From Planctomycetota bacterium (GTDB taxonomy: Bacteria; Planctomycetota; Planctomycetia; Pirellulales; PLA5), in assembly GCA_003576845.1 (NCBI GenBank), contig QEVJ01000001.1, positions 92,537 through 156,536 on the forward strand: a stretch of DNA of 64,000 nt, given 5' to 3'. Below, in pieces: positions 1 through 8,524 of the stretch. Under the pieces are notes generated by a model. It worked only from the letters and a program-made list of their open reading frames with translations. It was not told the origin of the DNA and made no database searches. The position numbers and the translations under genes were made by a program. Position 1 is the stretch's first letter; each line of letters opens with the position of its first letter.

Positions 1-1104
1 CACGCTTGCGCCGCCGCTGGTGACGGTCCGCGAACCGTCGATGTCGAGCGTCTGGTGCATGTTGCCGAAGCCGCATTTGCCGACCAGTTGGAAGGTCCAG
101 GCGTCTTCGTAGAGTTGCGCGTCGAGCCCGATTTCGCCGCCGTGGAACTGATTTTCGGTTTCGAACAGATCGGTCCGTTCGTCGAGCACCGCGCCGACCA
201 GGCCGAACGGCGGCGTGAGCTGCCGGTCGCGGATCGACAAGAGTTCCTCGACGCGGAGGTAGCGGTAGCCGCCGATCAGATCGAGCCGCGTGTTTCGTTC
301 GAAATCGGCCCACAGGACGTGCCGGAGCATGATGCCGCCGGATTGGAAATCGCTGAACGAATCGACGGTGATCGCGCCGTCGAGGTCGACGGTGGCCTGG
401 CCGTTGTTGAAGTTGTCGAAGGCGAGGATGCGGGCGTCTTCGGCGTTGGCGAGCAAGTCGAAGTATGGCCGGGCGAGGATGAAGCCCGAGGTTCCCGTCG
501 TGAACGTCGAGGTGAGCGTTTCGCTGGTCTCTTCGGTTTCGGTGGCCAGGAAGAAGCCTTCCAGGCCGACGAATTGACCGTCGACGAGCCACCAACCGAG
601 CCGGACTTCGCCGCCGTGCCGCCAGTCGCTGCCGAGTTTTTCGTTGCCGATGAGCACCGTGGCATCGGGCAGCCGGCCCGCGACGGCCTGGGCCGTTCCC
701 GCCGGGCTGGTGGTCGCCAGTTCCGGCACGAACATGCCTTTCATGCGCAGGCCGGTGTAGTTGATGCCGAAATACCAGCGGTTGGGCCGGTGGACCTTGT
801 TCCAAAGTTCGTCCTCGCCGCCGGCCATGCCGTATCCAGTGCCGTAGCCGCCGTAATCTCCGCAGCTTGGATCGTACGCGCCGCCGTAGGCGATTGCGGC
901 CTGGTCGACAGCGGGTTGCATCGCGCCGTAGGACGCATTCATCGCCGGCGCGCCCATCATCGGTCCGCCGCCCATCATGGGACCACGGCCCATCATGGCC
1001 TGCGGCGGCATCGGCCCAACCATTTCCATTTCCTGGGCGACGCCCACCGACGATCCGGCGGCCATCAAGGCGGAGGCCAGGGCGAAAATACGTGCGCGTT
1101 TCAC
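1..1104 (-). CDS. Outer-membrane beta-barrel protein, BBP7-like (3' end lies beyond window start)
   Basis: Absent from the ORF track because it has no stop in the window. The reverse frame from GTG (1104-1102, GAGGAG just upstream) stays open to base 1. It reads VKRARIFALASALMAAGSSVGVAQE (signal peptide), then a Met/Gly/Pro-rich linker, then an alternating beta-strand pattern (RWYFGINYTGLRMKG, GGEVRLGWWLVDG, IGGYRYLRVEE). The + strand ORF 55-1308 is its antisense shadow. Confidence 0.7.
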   Translation of the reverse strand, partial: MKRARIFALASALMAAGSSVGVAQEMEMVGPMPPQAMMGRGPMMGGGPMMGAPAMNASYGAMQPAVDQAAIAYGGAYDPSCGDYGGYGTGYGMAGGEDELWNKVHRPNRWYFGINYTGLRMKGMFVPELATTSPAGTAQAVAGRLPDATVLIGNEKLGSDWRHGGEVRLGWWLVDGQFVGLEGFFLATETEETSETLTSTFTTGTSGFILARPYFDLLANAEDARILAFDNFNNGQATVDLDGAITVDSFSDFQSGGIMLRHVLWADFERNTRLDLIGGYRYLRVEELLSIRDRQLTPPFGLVGAVLDERTDLFETENQFHGGEIGLDAQLYEDAWTFQLVGKCGFGNMHQTLDIDGSRTVTSGGASV

Positions 1105-1484
1105 TGCTCGCTCCTCACGTTACACGGCGCGGAATGGCAACCTGGACCGGTGATGCCGGTCATTCCTAGTCTATCGGCCGCGCCGGCCGTGCGGATGATT
1201 CCAATCCGGGGGAATCTGAGGGCTTTGACGACTGTAGCGAGCCACGTTTCGGCAATCTGGGCGAGTTGCGGAGCCTCGCGAACCGAATGCAGGCGCCCAC
1301 CGGCGTAGCGGCTCGGTCTGGCGAGATTGTCCTGCCTATGCGCCGCATGACGATCGGCGAAGCGTTGCGGCCGCCGTGGGCAATCTTGGTTTGTCGAGGC
1401 GGCCGCTGCCGAAAGTTCACAAACGTCCGACGTTTCGTCAGCCCACTCACGCGTCGCGATTCCGAGACGCAATTCCCGCCCGCC

Positions 1485-1733
1485 ATGTCCGATATGCCTT
1501 CCCGCCGTCAGGCCAAGGTCCGCGCGACGCTCTACCTTTCGCGCGAGCTATTGAACGAAGCCCGCAACGCCGCGGTGTTTCTGGCCGGCTATCCAGCGCG
1601 GCTCACGCTTACGAAGCTGGCCGAAGAGGCCTTGCGCGAGCAACTCGACCGGCTCAAGGAGCAATACAACGGCGGCGAGGACTTTCCCCAGCGCGACGAC
1701 GACTTGCGCGGAGGCCGACCGATCGCCGCATGA
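1485..1733 (+). CDS. Ribbon-helix-helix (CopG/ParG-like) protein, 82 aa
   Basis: Internal ATG of track ORF 1266-1733. The sequence MSDMPSRRQAKVRATLYLSRELLNEARNAAVFLAG...LTKLAEEALREQLDRLKEQYNGG has a basic N-terminal beta-strand followed by two helices, the RHH pattern. Its stop overlaps the next start (ATGA at 1730-1733). Confidence 0.55.
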   Translation: MSDMPSRRQAKVRATLYLSRELLNEARNAAVFLAGYPARLTLTKLAEEALREQLDRLKEQYNGGEDFPQRDDDLRGGRPIAA

Positions 1734-1885
1734 ACACCAAAGCATCCCATCCACTCGCCGCCCCCGTGCCGCCGCCTGCACAACGCGCCGCCGAGCGCGA
1801 CGACCTGCGTAAGCGGCTCGTCCGTCTCATTGCCGAACGCGAGGCGGCCAAACACGTCGACCGCAAGGAATTTCGCCCCACATGA
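1730..1885 (+). CDS. Small hypothetical protein, 51 aa (helical, Arg/Glu-rich C-terminus)
   Basis: This is the ATG-initiated tail of track ORF 1376-1885 (MNTKASHPLAAPVPPPAQRAAERDDLRKRLVRLIAEREAAKHVDRKEFRPT). Third codon positions are G/C-rich. It has ATGA overlaps with both neighbours (1730-1733 and 1882-1885), which suggests translational coupling. Confidence 0.4.
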   Translation: MNTKASHPLAAPVPPPAQRAAERDDLRKRLVRLIAEREAAKHVDRKEFRPT

Positions 1886-3153
1886 TCCGACCGGCCGTAG
1901 AGAGGACGCTCGTTTCGCTCGCTGTGGCGCTGGCGATGGTTCTTTTTGCGCGCCCCGGGAGGGCCGATTTCTCGAGCGCGCCGCTAGGGCCTTCGCGAGC
2001 ATTCGGCGGCATCGCCGCGGCTGGGGAAGTTACGGCGGCGACAATGCAGCAGCCACATCCCGCCGTCGCGCGCATCATCGTGCCCGAGAAAGATGGCACG
2101 TCGTACGGCAGTGGCACGCTGGTCGACGTAACGGAGTCGCAAGGGCTGGTAATTACGAACAACCACGTCGTCGAGAATCAAGCCGGTCCGATCACCGTCG
2201 TTTTTCCCGACGGTTTTCGCTCGCAGGCGACCGTGCTCAAACGCGACGCGACGTGGGATCTGGCGGCGCTGTCGATCTGGAAGCCGAACGTCGAGCCGAT
2301 GCCGATCGCGGCGCAACGCGCGTCCCCGGGTGAGACGCTCGCCATCGCGGGCTACGGCAGCGGCAATTACCGCATGGCGGTCGGCCGCTGCACGCAGTAT
2401 GTCGCGCCGGGCGCCAAGCACCCGTTCGAAATGGTCGAAGTTTCTGCCGCCGCCCGGCAAGGCGATTCCGGCGGTCCGATCTTGAACCAGCGGGGCGAAT
2501 TGGCCGGCGTGCTCTTCGGCGAAGGCGACGGAAGAACGGCCGGCAGCGACGCCGGTCGTGTGGCGCAATTCCTTGCGCCCGTCCGCGGCGCGAACGACGT
2601 GCACCTCGCCCGGCTCACTGCGAATCGCACCGACGTCGGCGGCGCGTCCGGACAAGGTTCGCTCGACGGTTGGCGAGCGGCGGATGGTTTGCCGCCCGTC
2701 AATGCGAATCGCGCGACTCCGCCATACCCTAACGCGCTCGGTTCGCAATCGCCGCCCGCCGATCCGTTTACCGGCCGCATCGCGCCGAGCAACAACTCGC
2801 CGCAAAGCGCGATGACGGCGATCGACCCGCGGTTCGCGCAACCGGGCGTCGCCGGAACGGCGCAGCCGAACGGTCGCTGGTCGTGGCCCGGCGCGAGCGG
2901 TCAGGCGGGCCTACAGTCGGCGTCGGAATCGGCGCCGTTGGCAGCCAATCCCGACGCGCGTCCGTCCTATCCGCTTCCCGATGCCGCCGCGAGCAGCGCG
3001 GCATCTCCGGCGGCCGCTACGAAAACCACGCGCGAAGGCGACATCGGATCGCTGCTCGGCGCCACGCGGTTCGAGCAGGCGAAGTCGATTCTGGCAATCA
3101 TCGGTGCGATTGCGGTGATCGTGACCTTCGCCAAAGGCTTTGCGAAGGCGTGA
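1882..3153 (+). CDS. Trypsin-like serine peptidase (S1 family) with signal peptide and C-terminal TM anchor
   Basis: Track ORF of 423 aa. Catalytic triad context is present: ITNNHVV (His), TWDLAAL (Asp), RQGDSGGPIL (Ser). It has an N-terminal signal-like segment, a Pro/Ser/Ala-rich linker and a terminal hydrophobic helix ILAIIGAIAVIVTFA. Confidence 0.85.
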   Translation: MIRPAVERTLVSLAVALAMVLFARPGRADFSSAPLGPSRAFGGIAAAGEVTAATMQQPHPAVARIIVPEKDGTSYGSGTLVDVTESQGLVITNNHVVENQAGPITVVFPDGFRSQATVLKRDATWDLAALSIWKPNVEPMPIAAQRASPGETLAIAGYGSGNYRMAVGRCTQYVAPGAKHPFEMVEVSAAARQGDSGGPILNQRGELAGVLFGEGDGRTAGSDAGRVAQFLAPVRGANDVHLARLTANRTDVGGASGQGSLDGWRAADGLPPVNANRATPPYPNALGSQSPPADPFTGRIAPSNNSPQSAMTAIDPRFAQPGVAGTAQPNGRWSWPGASGQAGLQSASESAPLAANPDARPSYPLPDAAASSAASPAAATKTTREGDIGSLLGATRFEQAKSILAIIGAIAVIVTFAKGFAKA

Positions 3154-3205
3154 TGCGTCGCCGGCACACGGAAAACTTGGCGACGACACAAATACCCTAT
3201 CCTAG

Positions 3206-3282
3206 AACTGTGGGAGGCGAATCCCTTCGCCGACCGAATCGCTAACGCATGCCATCGGCGAAAGGATTCGCCTCCCACAGTT
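3206..3282. repeat. GC-rich REP-like palindrome (probable bidirectional terminator hairpin)
   Basis: AACTGTGGGAGGCGAATCCCTTCGCCGA (3206-3233) faces TCGGCGAAAGGATTCGCCTCCCACAGTT (3255-3282). The match is 27/28 complementary with a 21-nt loop. It lies between convergent genes ending at 3153 and 3302. Confidence 0.8.
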
Positions 3283-3301
3283 TCCGGTTTCGGAACGCGC
3301 T

Positions 3302-5329
3302 CTAGCGCTTCTGCTTCGCGCGGGCGTCGCGGAACACGCCGTCGAGCCGGACGAGCGAATCTTGCGGGGCCCGAATGAACAGCGTTTTGCTCGGCGCGTC
3401 GAGATGCCAGGCGACACCGAAATCGGCGTCGCCGTCGGCGGCGTCCAGCGAGACCGCTGGACCAAACTGCTGGCGCAGCTTGTCGCCAATGGCCGCTAAC
3501 GACTGCGGATCGCCCGCGAGATCGGCCAGCGGAAATGCCGCCAACTCGGGCTTGCCGGCCAGTTCGTCTTGCGTGGTGATTTCAACGGTTCGCGCATCGA
3601 TCACCCGCACGGCCAGCGAGAGCGGCTCGACGAAGGCGGCGAGCGCCCGCTCGACGGTCACGTCGTTCGCGATCAAGCTCGTGGTCGAAGCCGGGCCGAG
3701 GCTCTCGGCGGCCAGCGCCTGCCAATCGACGACGAGCGTCAGCTTCGAGCTTTCGGCCAGGCGAGATAGAATCTTGGCCATCGGCGTCGGCGTCGTGTAA
3801 TTTAGCGTGATCTTCTTGCCCAGGGCGTCGCGCGCCATTGCGGGGCGGGTTTCGAGCGCCGGCGGCGGGGCCACCGCCGCGCCGACCGGGTCGCGCCGCG
3901 CCGCACGCAAAGCGGCCAGCAAGGCATCGATCTTCCGCACGACGCGCGGCGATTGCACGATCACCAGTGCCGAACCGTCGACGCGGAGCGACGTCGTCGT
4001 CCGTTCGGCTTGCCACGACGTCGGCTCGACCAGCCGCATGACCAGCCTTGCCAGACGGTCCGGTCCCCCGGCTTCGCCGCCGATCAGATCGCCGACGTCG
4101 CGGCGCACGGGCGGCGGCGGGGCCTCCGGTTCCGCGACCGTGACCAAGACGTGCTGATCCGCGACGACGTAGCGAAGCTTGAGCGGCGCGAGAGCGGCAT
4201 CGAGCGCCTGACCGACCGTCGACTTCGGCCGACGAACCGTGACCGGCGCATCGACGCGTATGCCCGATTCGACCACGGCATCTACGTCGAGCGTGATCGG
4301 AATCGTGCTGAAATTCGACAAGACGCCGAGAAAATCGACGAGCGGCGCGTTGACGTAGTCGAGCTTGAGGATCGTGTCGTTGAGTCGAGCGGGGACGTCG
4401 ACGACCGGCAGCGGATCGCGAACGGGCTTCTCGGGCGCGGCATCGTTTTCGGCAACGTCGACGGGATCGGCAGCCGGCGGCGATTGGACGACCCGCGGAG
4501 CATCGGGTGTTGCAACGGTTGGCACAACCGCAGGATTCGCGCCGGCAACTTCGTCGGGCTCCGGCGCGCGGGGCGCCGGCGTCGCCGCCGCGCGTTCCGG
4601 CGGCAAAGTAGGTTCGACCGGTATGTCCGCGTTTGCCGCATCGTTCGGCGGTTTCTCGCGCGGCTCCTCCGGAGCCGTAGCTGACACGCTTTCTTCCGGC
4701 GGCTTGCCCGGCGAGAAGGCGTACCACACGGCGCTCGTGACGATAACGCCGACGAGCGCCGCCCCAATCTGCGGCAGGTAATGCCGCAACCAGCGCCGTC
4801 GCGGCGAAAGCCAATCTTCACCGCGAAGCGGAACGTCGTTGACGGCGCTCGGAACGCTCGGGCTACCAGCGAGTGGCGGCGTCGCGGCGGCCGAACCTGC
4901 CCACCGCTCGCGAAGCGTGGCGGCTTCTGCGGAGGTCGTCGGCGCGAGCGGCGATGAGTGAAGCGGCGTCGGAGGAGACGGCGTTGGCTGAGAAGTCGGC
5001 GTGGGCGCCACCGCAGAACTTGCCGCGGCAGCAGCGGACACGTCGACGGCCGAACCGGTCGAGGCCGCCGAACCCGCCGGTTCGCCGCTGGCGTCCGGAG
5101 GCGTCCAGCCTTCCGGCGGCTGCACCATCACCATGCTCGAACACTTCGGACACGAAAGGATGTGCCCGATGAGCGACGCATCGCGCACGGCCAGGCGCGA
5201 ACCGCACGTTTCGCAGCGAATGGAGAAGAGTTTTTCGGACACGGCGTGGATCGGCGATTCGTTTCGCTCGTTGCAGTGCGTGTTTCGTCTCGATTCGAAG
5301 GCGAGCGGAGGTCGCGCCAGCGAGCGCAA
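3302..5329 (-). CDS. Zinc-ribbon / single-TM protein with STN (secretin-N)-like periplasmic modules
   Basis: Track ORF of 675 aa. It has an N-terminal CxxC...CxxC ribbon (CETCGSRL...SCPKCSS), a Pro/Ala/Ser-rich linker and a TM helix IGAALVGVIVTSAVWYAF. Two STN-like modules follow (NAPLVDFLGVLSNFSTIPITLD; TPMAKILSRLAESSKLTLVVDWQAL). The start is uncertain (TTG 5329 or GTG 5242). It lies 16 nt downstream of the kinase-like gene on the same strand. Confidence 0.7.
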   Translation of the reverse strand: MRSLARPPLAFESRRNTHCNERNESPIHAVSEKLFSIRCETCGSRLAVRDASLIGHILSCPKCSSMVMVQPPEGWTPPDASGEPAGSAASTGSAVDVSAAAAASSAVAPTPTSQPTPSPPTPLHSSPLAPTTSAEAATLRERWAGSAAATPPLAGSPSVPSAVNDVPLRGEDWLSPRRRWLRHYLPQIGAALVGVIVTSAVWYAFSPGKPPEESVSATAPEEPREKPPNDAANADIPVEPTLPPERAAATPAPRAPEPDEVAGANPAVVPTVATPDAPRVVQSPPAADPVDVAENDAAPEKPVRDPLPVVDVPARLNDTILKLDYVNAPLVDFLGVLSNFSTIPITLDVDAVVESGIRVDAPVTVRRPKSTVGQALDAALAPLKLRYVVADQHVLVTVAEPEAPPPPVRRDVGDLIGGEAGGPDRLARLVMRLVEPTSWQAERTTTSLRVDGSALVIVQSPRVVRKIDALLAALRAARRDPVGAAVAPPPALETRPAMARDALGKKITLNYTTPTPMAKILSRLAESSKLTLVVDWQALAAESLGPASTTSLIANDVTVERALAAFVEPLSLAVRVIDARTVEITTQDELAGKPELAAFPLADLAGDPQSLAAIGDKLRQQFGPAVSLDAADGDADFGVAWHLDAPSKTLFIRAPQDSLVRLDGVFRDARAKQKR

Positions 5330-5345
5330 GCACGGCGATGTTCGA

Positions 5346-8300
5346 CTAGGGCTTCTTCACAGCCGCCGGCGGCTCAGCAAGCGACGCGGGCAACTTGTCG
5401 CCGCGCGTCTTTACGGCGGCGCGGGTCGTAATGAGTACAACGCTTTCTCCGCCGGGACTTTCCGGCTTGAGAATATAGACGAGTTTACCTTCGGGGTTGG
5501 CAATTTTCAAAATCTTGAGCAGAACCGCTTCCGCCCCCACCCCTTGTTCGTTGAACTCCGTAATCGACTGGTTCTTGGTAATCCCGTCGGCCATCATATC
5601 CGGTCCGAGCATTACAACCTTTAGTCCGGCCTCGGCCGACCAGAGTTCCAAAGCCCGTTCCAACGACTCTTTCGGGAAGGAGAGGTTGATTTTCGTAGCG
5701 AGCTTTTCGGCCGGGGTTTTGGGTTTGGTCTCCATCGCCGGCTTGACCGCGACGGCTGCCGCTCCGCCCGATTCGTGGATGGCGAGGTCCACCGCCTGGG
5801 CAAGATTCGGCGCTGCGACCGCCGGTAAGTAACATCGCAGCACCGCGTGCCCCTCATCGACGCCCGACCGCAAGCCGAGCGCGAACTGGCTAAGCATTTG
5901 CGGAAAGCGGCGGATCGTCTTTTCGCCATACGGCGAGAACCGAGCGCCCACCTGCGCGTCTTCGACCTGATTGGGCAACTTCACCAGCTTCGACTCGAAC
6001 CGCGCCGCGAGTTCTTCGGGCTTGTTCTCGAGCGTGCCGAGCGCCCGCAATTCGGTGAAGAAGTTGTCTTCGTCAATGTGCAGGCTAATCGCGATCGCCC
6101 GCACGCCGTCGCCCACGAACGCCGCGAGCGGCTCGCGCAAGCGTTCGGCCGGACCGGCGAAGAGCTTGCGGCCGTCGCCGAACAGGAATTGGGGTGAGCC
6201 GACGAACGTCACGTGTCGCCCCGCATCCGTCGAAAGCAGCAGCTTATCGATGGCGGGACCGAACGAGCCGGGCTTCTCGTCCTGGCGGATGATTTCCTGC
6301 ACGACGTCGATCGGCCCAGCCGCGAGAACGCGATTCTCGCCCCAGGCCGGTAGGTAATAGGCCATCGTTTCCGACGCGTAGAGCTTTTTCCCCTCGAAGC
6401 GGCTCTCGGCAGCATCCTTCCATTTCTTGGCCACCTCAGCCGCGTCGGCCGGCTCGCGAAAGTGCACGACGTACGAGACCTTGGGCGGTTGGTCGCCGTT
6501 GGCATACAGCACGACGTGAACGCAATCGAGTGCGTCCAGCGGTGCGCCGCTCGCTTCTCCGACCGAGGTGCGAAGTGCATCGCCCGCCGGCCCGAGAGCC
6601 GCCAAAAAACGTTCGCCTTGAGTCGACGACGCGAGCGCCGCCGGCCGGAACACCAGCATTCCTTGCGCGCCGAGGCCGACGAGCCGCGCATCGAGCGGCG
6701 CTCCCCAGGTCGGCGACGCCCACAGCAGCTTGCCGTCGTCGGCCACGAGCGTTTCGCGCGGCTCGCTCGCGGGAGGAATCGCCTCGGCACTATCCGCCGC
6801 GTTGGCCGCGGCATCCGGCGGCGATTTCGTCGCGGTTGCGTCGCTTGCGGCGCTGGGCGTTGTCGGCGGGGCACTCGATGAATTCGCCCCGATGGCCGAT
6901 TGACTCGCGGTGTTCGTCGGTGGAATCTTGTTCTGTTTCGCCGGACTGTGGGACTTTGCCGCGACGGGCGGGTTGTCGTCCGTCGAACCGCCACCGCTGA
7001 TGGCGTTGTAAACGAATAGCGCCCCGACGAGTCCGACGACCGCCGTGATGCCGATCGCGATCAAGCCCGTGTTCTGCGACCGGCGGCGAAACGCGGGCAG
7101 CTCCGCGGACGAAGTTGCGGGCGAAGGCGCGGCGACGGCCGTGCGAGTGCTTGCCGCGAAGCCCTTCGGCGTGCCCAAATCGAGCGCAATCGCCGGCACG
7201 GCAGACTTCGGCGTCGACGGATCGATTGCCGTCGCGGCTTGGGCTGCGCGGCGTGCCCGAATCGCCTGATGCTCGACCACCCATCGCTCGAACGCCGCGG
7301 CCGTTTGCAGCATCGGCGGCGCGAAAGCCATTGCTGCCGGATCGACGAACGGCGCCAGCGCCTCGGCCACGGTGGCCGCATTCGGGAAACGTATCGCCGG
7401 ATCCTTCGCAAGCATGTACGAAACCAACTGCGCGATCGGCGGGGGCACGCCCGCATATTCGAGCGGCGCGATCGGCTCGCTCGCGTGCCGCGCCGCTTTC
7501 TCACCGAGCGAACCGCCGGGAAAGGGCGGGCGGCCCGCAAGCATTTCGTATGCAATGCAACCCAGGGCATACGCGTCCGTGCACGGATTGGGCGCCACGC
7601 CAGCGCGAAACAGCTCGGGAGCAAGGTAATCGACGAGCGCGTTAACCTCGCCACTGGCATCGGCAAAATTGATGGGCTCAGCGCGTCGCGTCGCGTCGAA
7701 CAGCACTTTGATTTGCCCGGCCTCGGTGAGCCAAAGTTCCGGCGGGCTAAGATACCCGTGGGCAAGGTTGACCGCGTGCAGCGACGCGAGCCCCAACGCC
7801 GCCTGGCGAATCGCGCGGCAAACTTCGGCCGGCGGCACGACCTGGCCCGGCGAAAGACTCTCGCGCAACGTGGCGCCGCGAACGTCTTCCTGAACCAGAA
7901 ACCGATACTTGCCCAAGTCGACCAGATCGTAGCACCGCCGCAAGTGCGGATTGTTCAGCGAACCGAGCGTCTGCGTCGTACGAACCGTATGGCTCCAGCG
8001 GGCCGCGTCGCTCGTCACGGCGCTGGCCAAGAACGAGAGCATCACCGGATGTCCCGTCGCCGCATGAACCGCGCGGAACGCGCCCGCGAGCCGCCCGCGA
8101 TCGAGCCGGTCGTAAACGCGGTAGTCGCCAAACGCGAACGGACCGCTCTTGCCGGCCAGAATCACCGTCGCCTGGTAGCGGCTGATGATGTTCTGAGCGA
8201 TCAGCCATTCGGCAAGCGTGGCGGCAGTGGCCTGGCTTGCGGCGCCTTTGACGCGGCCGAACTCCTCCGCATATTGCTGGCACTGTGGCGCGGTGAGCAA

Positions 8301-8450
8301 CTGGCTCTCGATCACCAGCTTCCAGAAATCGGCGACGGCAAGGGCCATGAGGTTCGTGCGAAAGGCGCGGGACGCAAAACTTCGCTGACGCAACGGGATT
8401 TTCGATGTCGTAAGGCGGACTTCAAATCCGTCGTACGCGACGAGTGGCAC
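5346..8450 (-). CDS. Ser/Thr-kinase-like membrane protein with degenerate catalytic motifs (predicted pseudokinase)
   Basis: Track ORF of 1034 aa. The more likely start is ATG 8348 (MALAVADFWKLV...). The kinase fold is visible (VDYLAPE, LGCIAYEMLAGRPPFPG, DPAIRF). However VAIK is MLSFL (no Lys), HRDxKxxN is HGYLSPPE, and DFG is LFDA. It also has a TM helix GLIAIGITAVVGLVGALFVY and a C-terminal STN-like module. Confidence 0.8.
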   Translation of the reverse strand: MPLVAYDGFEVRLTTSKIPLRQRSFASRAFRTNLMALAVADFWKLVIESQLLTAPQCQQYAEEFGRVKGAASQATAATLAEWLIAQNIISRYQATVILAGKSGPFAFGDYRVYDRLDRGRLAGAFRAVHAATGHPVMLSFLASAVTSDAARWSHTVRTTQTLGSLNNPHLRRCYDLVDLGKYRFLVQEDVRGATLRESLSPGQVVPPAEVCRAIRQAALGLASLHAVNLAHGYLSPPELWLTEAGQIKVLFDATRRAEPINFADASGEVNALVDYLAPELFRAGVAPNPCTDAYALGCIAYEMLAGRPPFPGGSLGEKAARHASEPIAPLEYAGVPPPIAQLVSYMLAKDPAIRFPNAATVAEALAPFVDPAAMAFAPPMLQTAAAFERWVVEHQAIRARRAAQAATAIDPSTPKSAVPAIALDLGTPKGFAASTRTAVAAPSPATSSAELPAFRRRSQNTGLIAIGITAVVGLVGALFVYNAISGGGSTDDNPPVAAKSHSPAKQNKIPPTNTASQSAIGANSSSAPPTTPSAASDATATKSPPDAAANAADSAEAIPPASEPRETLVADDGKLLWASPTWGAPLDARLVGLGAQGMLVFRPAALASSTQGERFLAALGPAGDALRTSVGEASGAPLDALDCVHVVLYANGDQPPKVSYVVHFREPADAAEVAKKWKDAAESRFEGKKLYASETMAYYLPAWGENRVLAAGPIDVVQEIIRQDEKPGSFGPAIDKLLLSTDAGRHVTFVGSPQFLFGDGRKLFAGPAERLREPLAAFVGDGVRAIAISLHIDEDNFFTELRALGTLENKPEELAARFESKLVKLPNQVEDAQVGARFSPYGEKTIRRFPQMLSQFALGLRSGVDEGHAVLRCYLPAVAAPNLAQAVDLAIHESGGAAAVAVKPAMETKPKTPAEKLATKINLSFPKESLERALELWSAEAGLKVVMLGPDMMADGITKNQSITEFNEQGVGAEAVLLKILKIANPEGKLVYILKPESPGGESVVLITTRAAVKTRGDKLPASLAEPPAAVKKP

Positions 8451-8524
8451 GCTGTTGTGGCCGATCTTCTGACCGAGTGTCGTGGCCGGTCACCCGACCG
8501 AGCCGCAGGTTTCGAGACGGTCGG

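Noticed and set aside
55-1308. 417-aa + strand ORF (MHVAEAAFADQLEGPGVFVELRVEPDF...)
   Set aside because: Its Glu/Asp/Val/Ala/Arg-rich composition is typical of the antisense frame of a high-GC gene. The opposite strand encodes a coherent signal-peptide-bearing beta-barrel protein (GTG 1104 to the window edge) that the track missed because it has no stop in the window.
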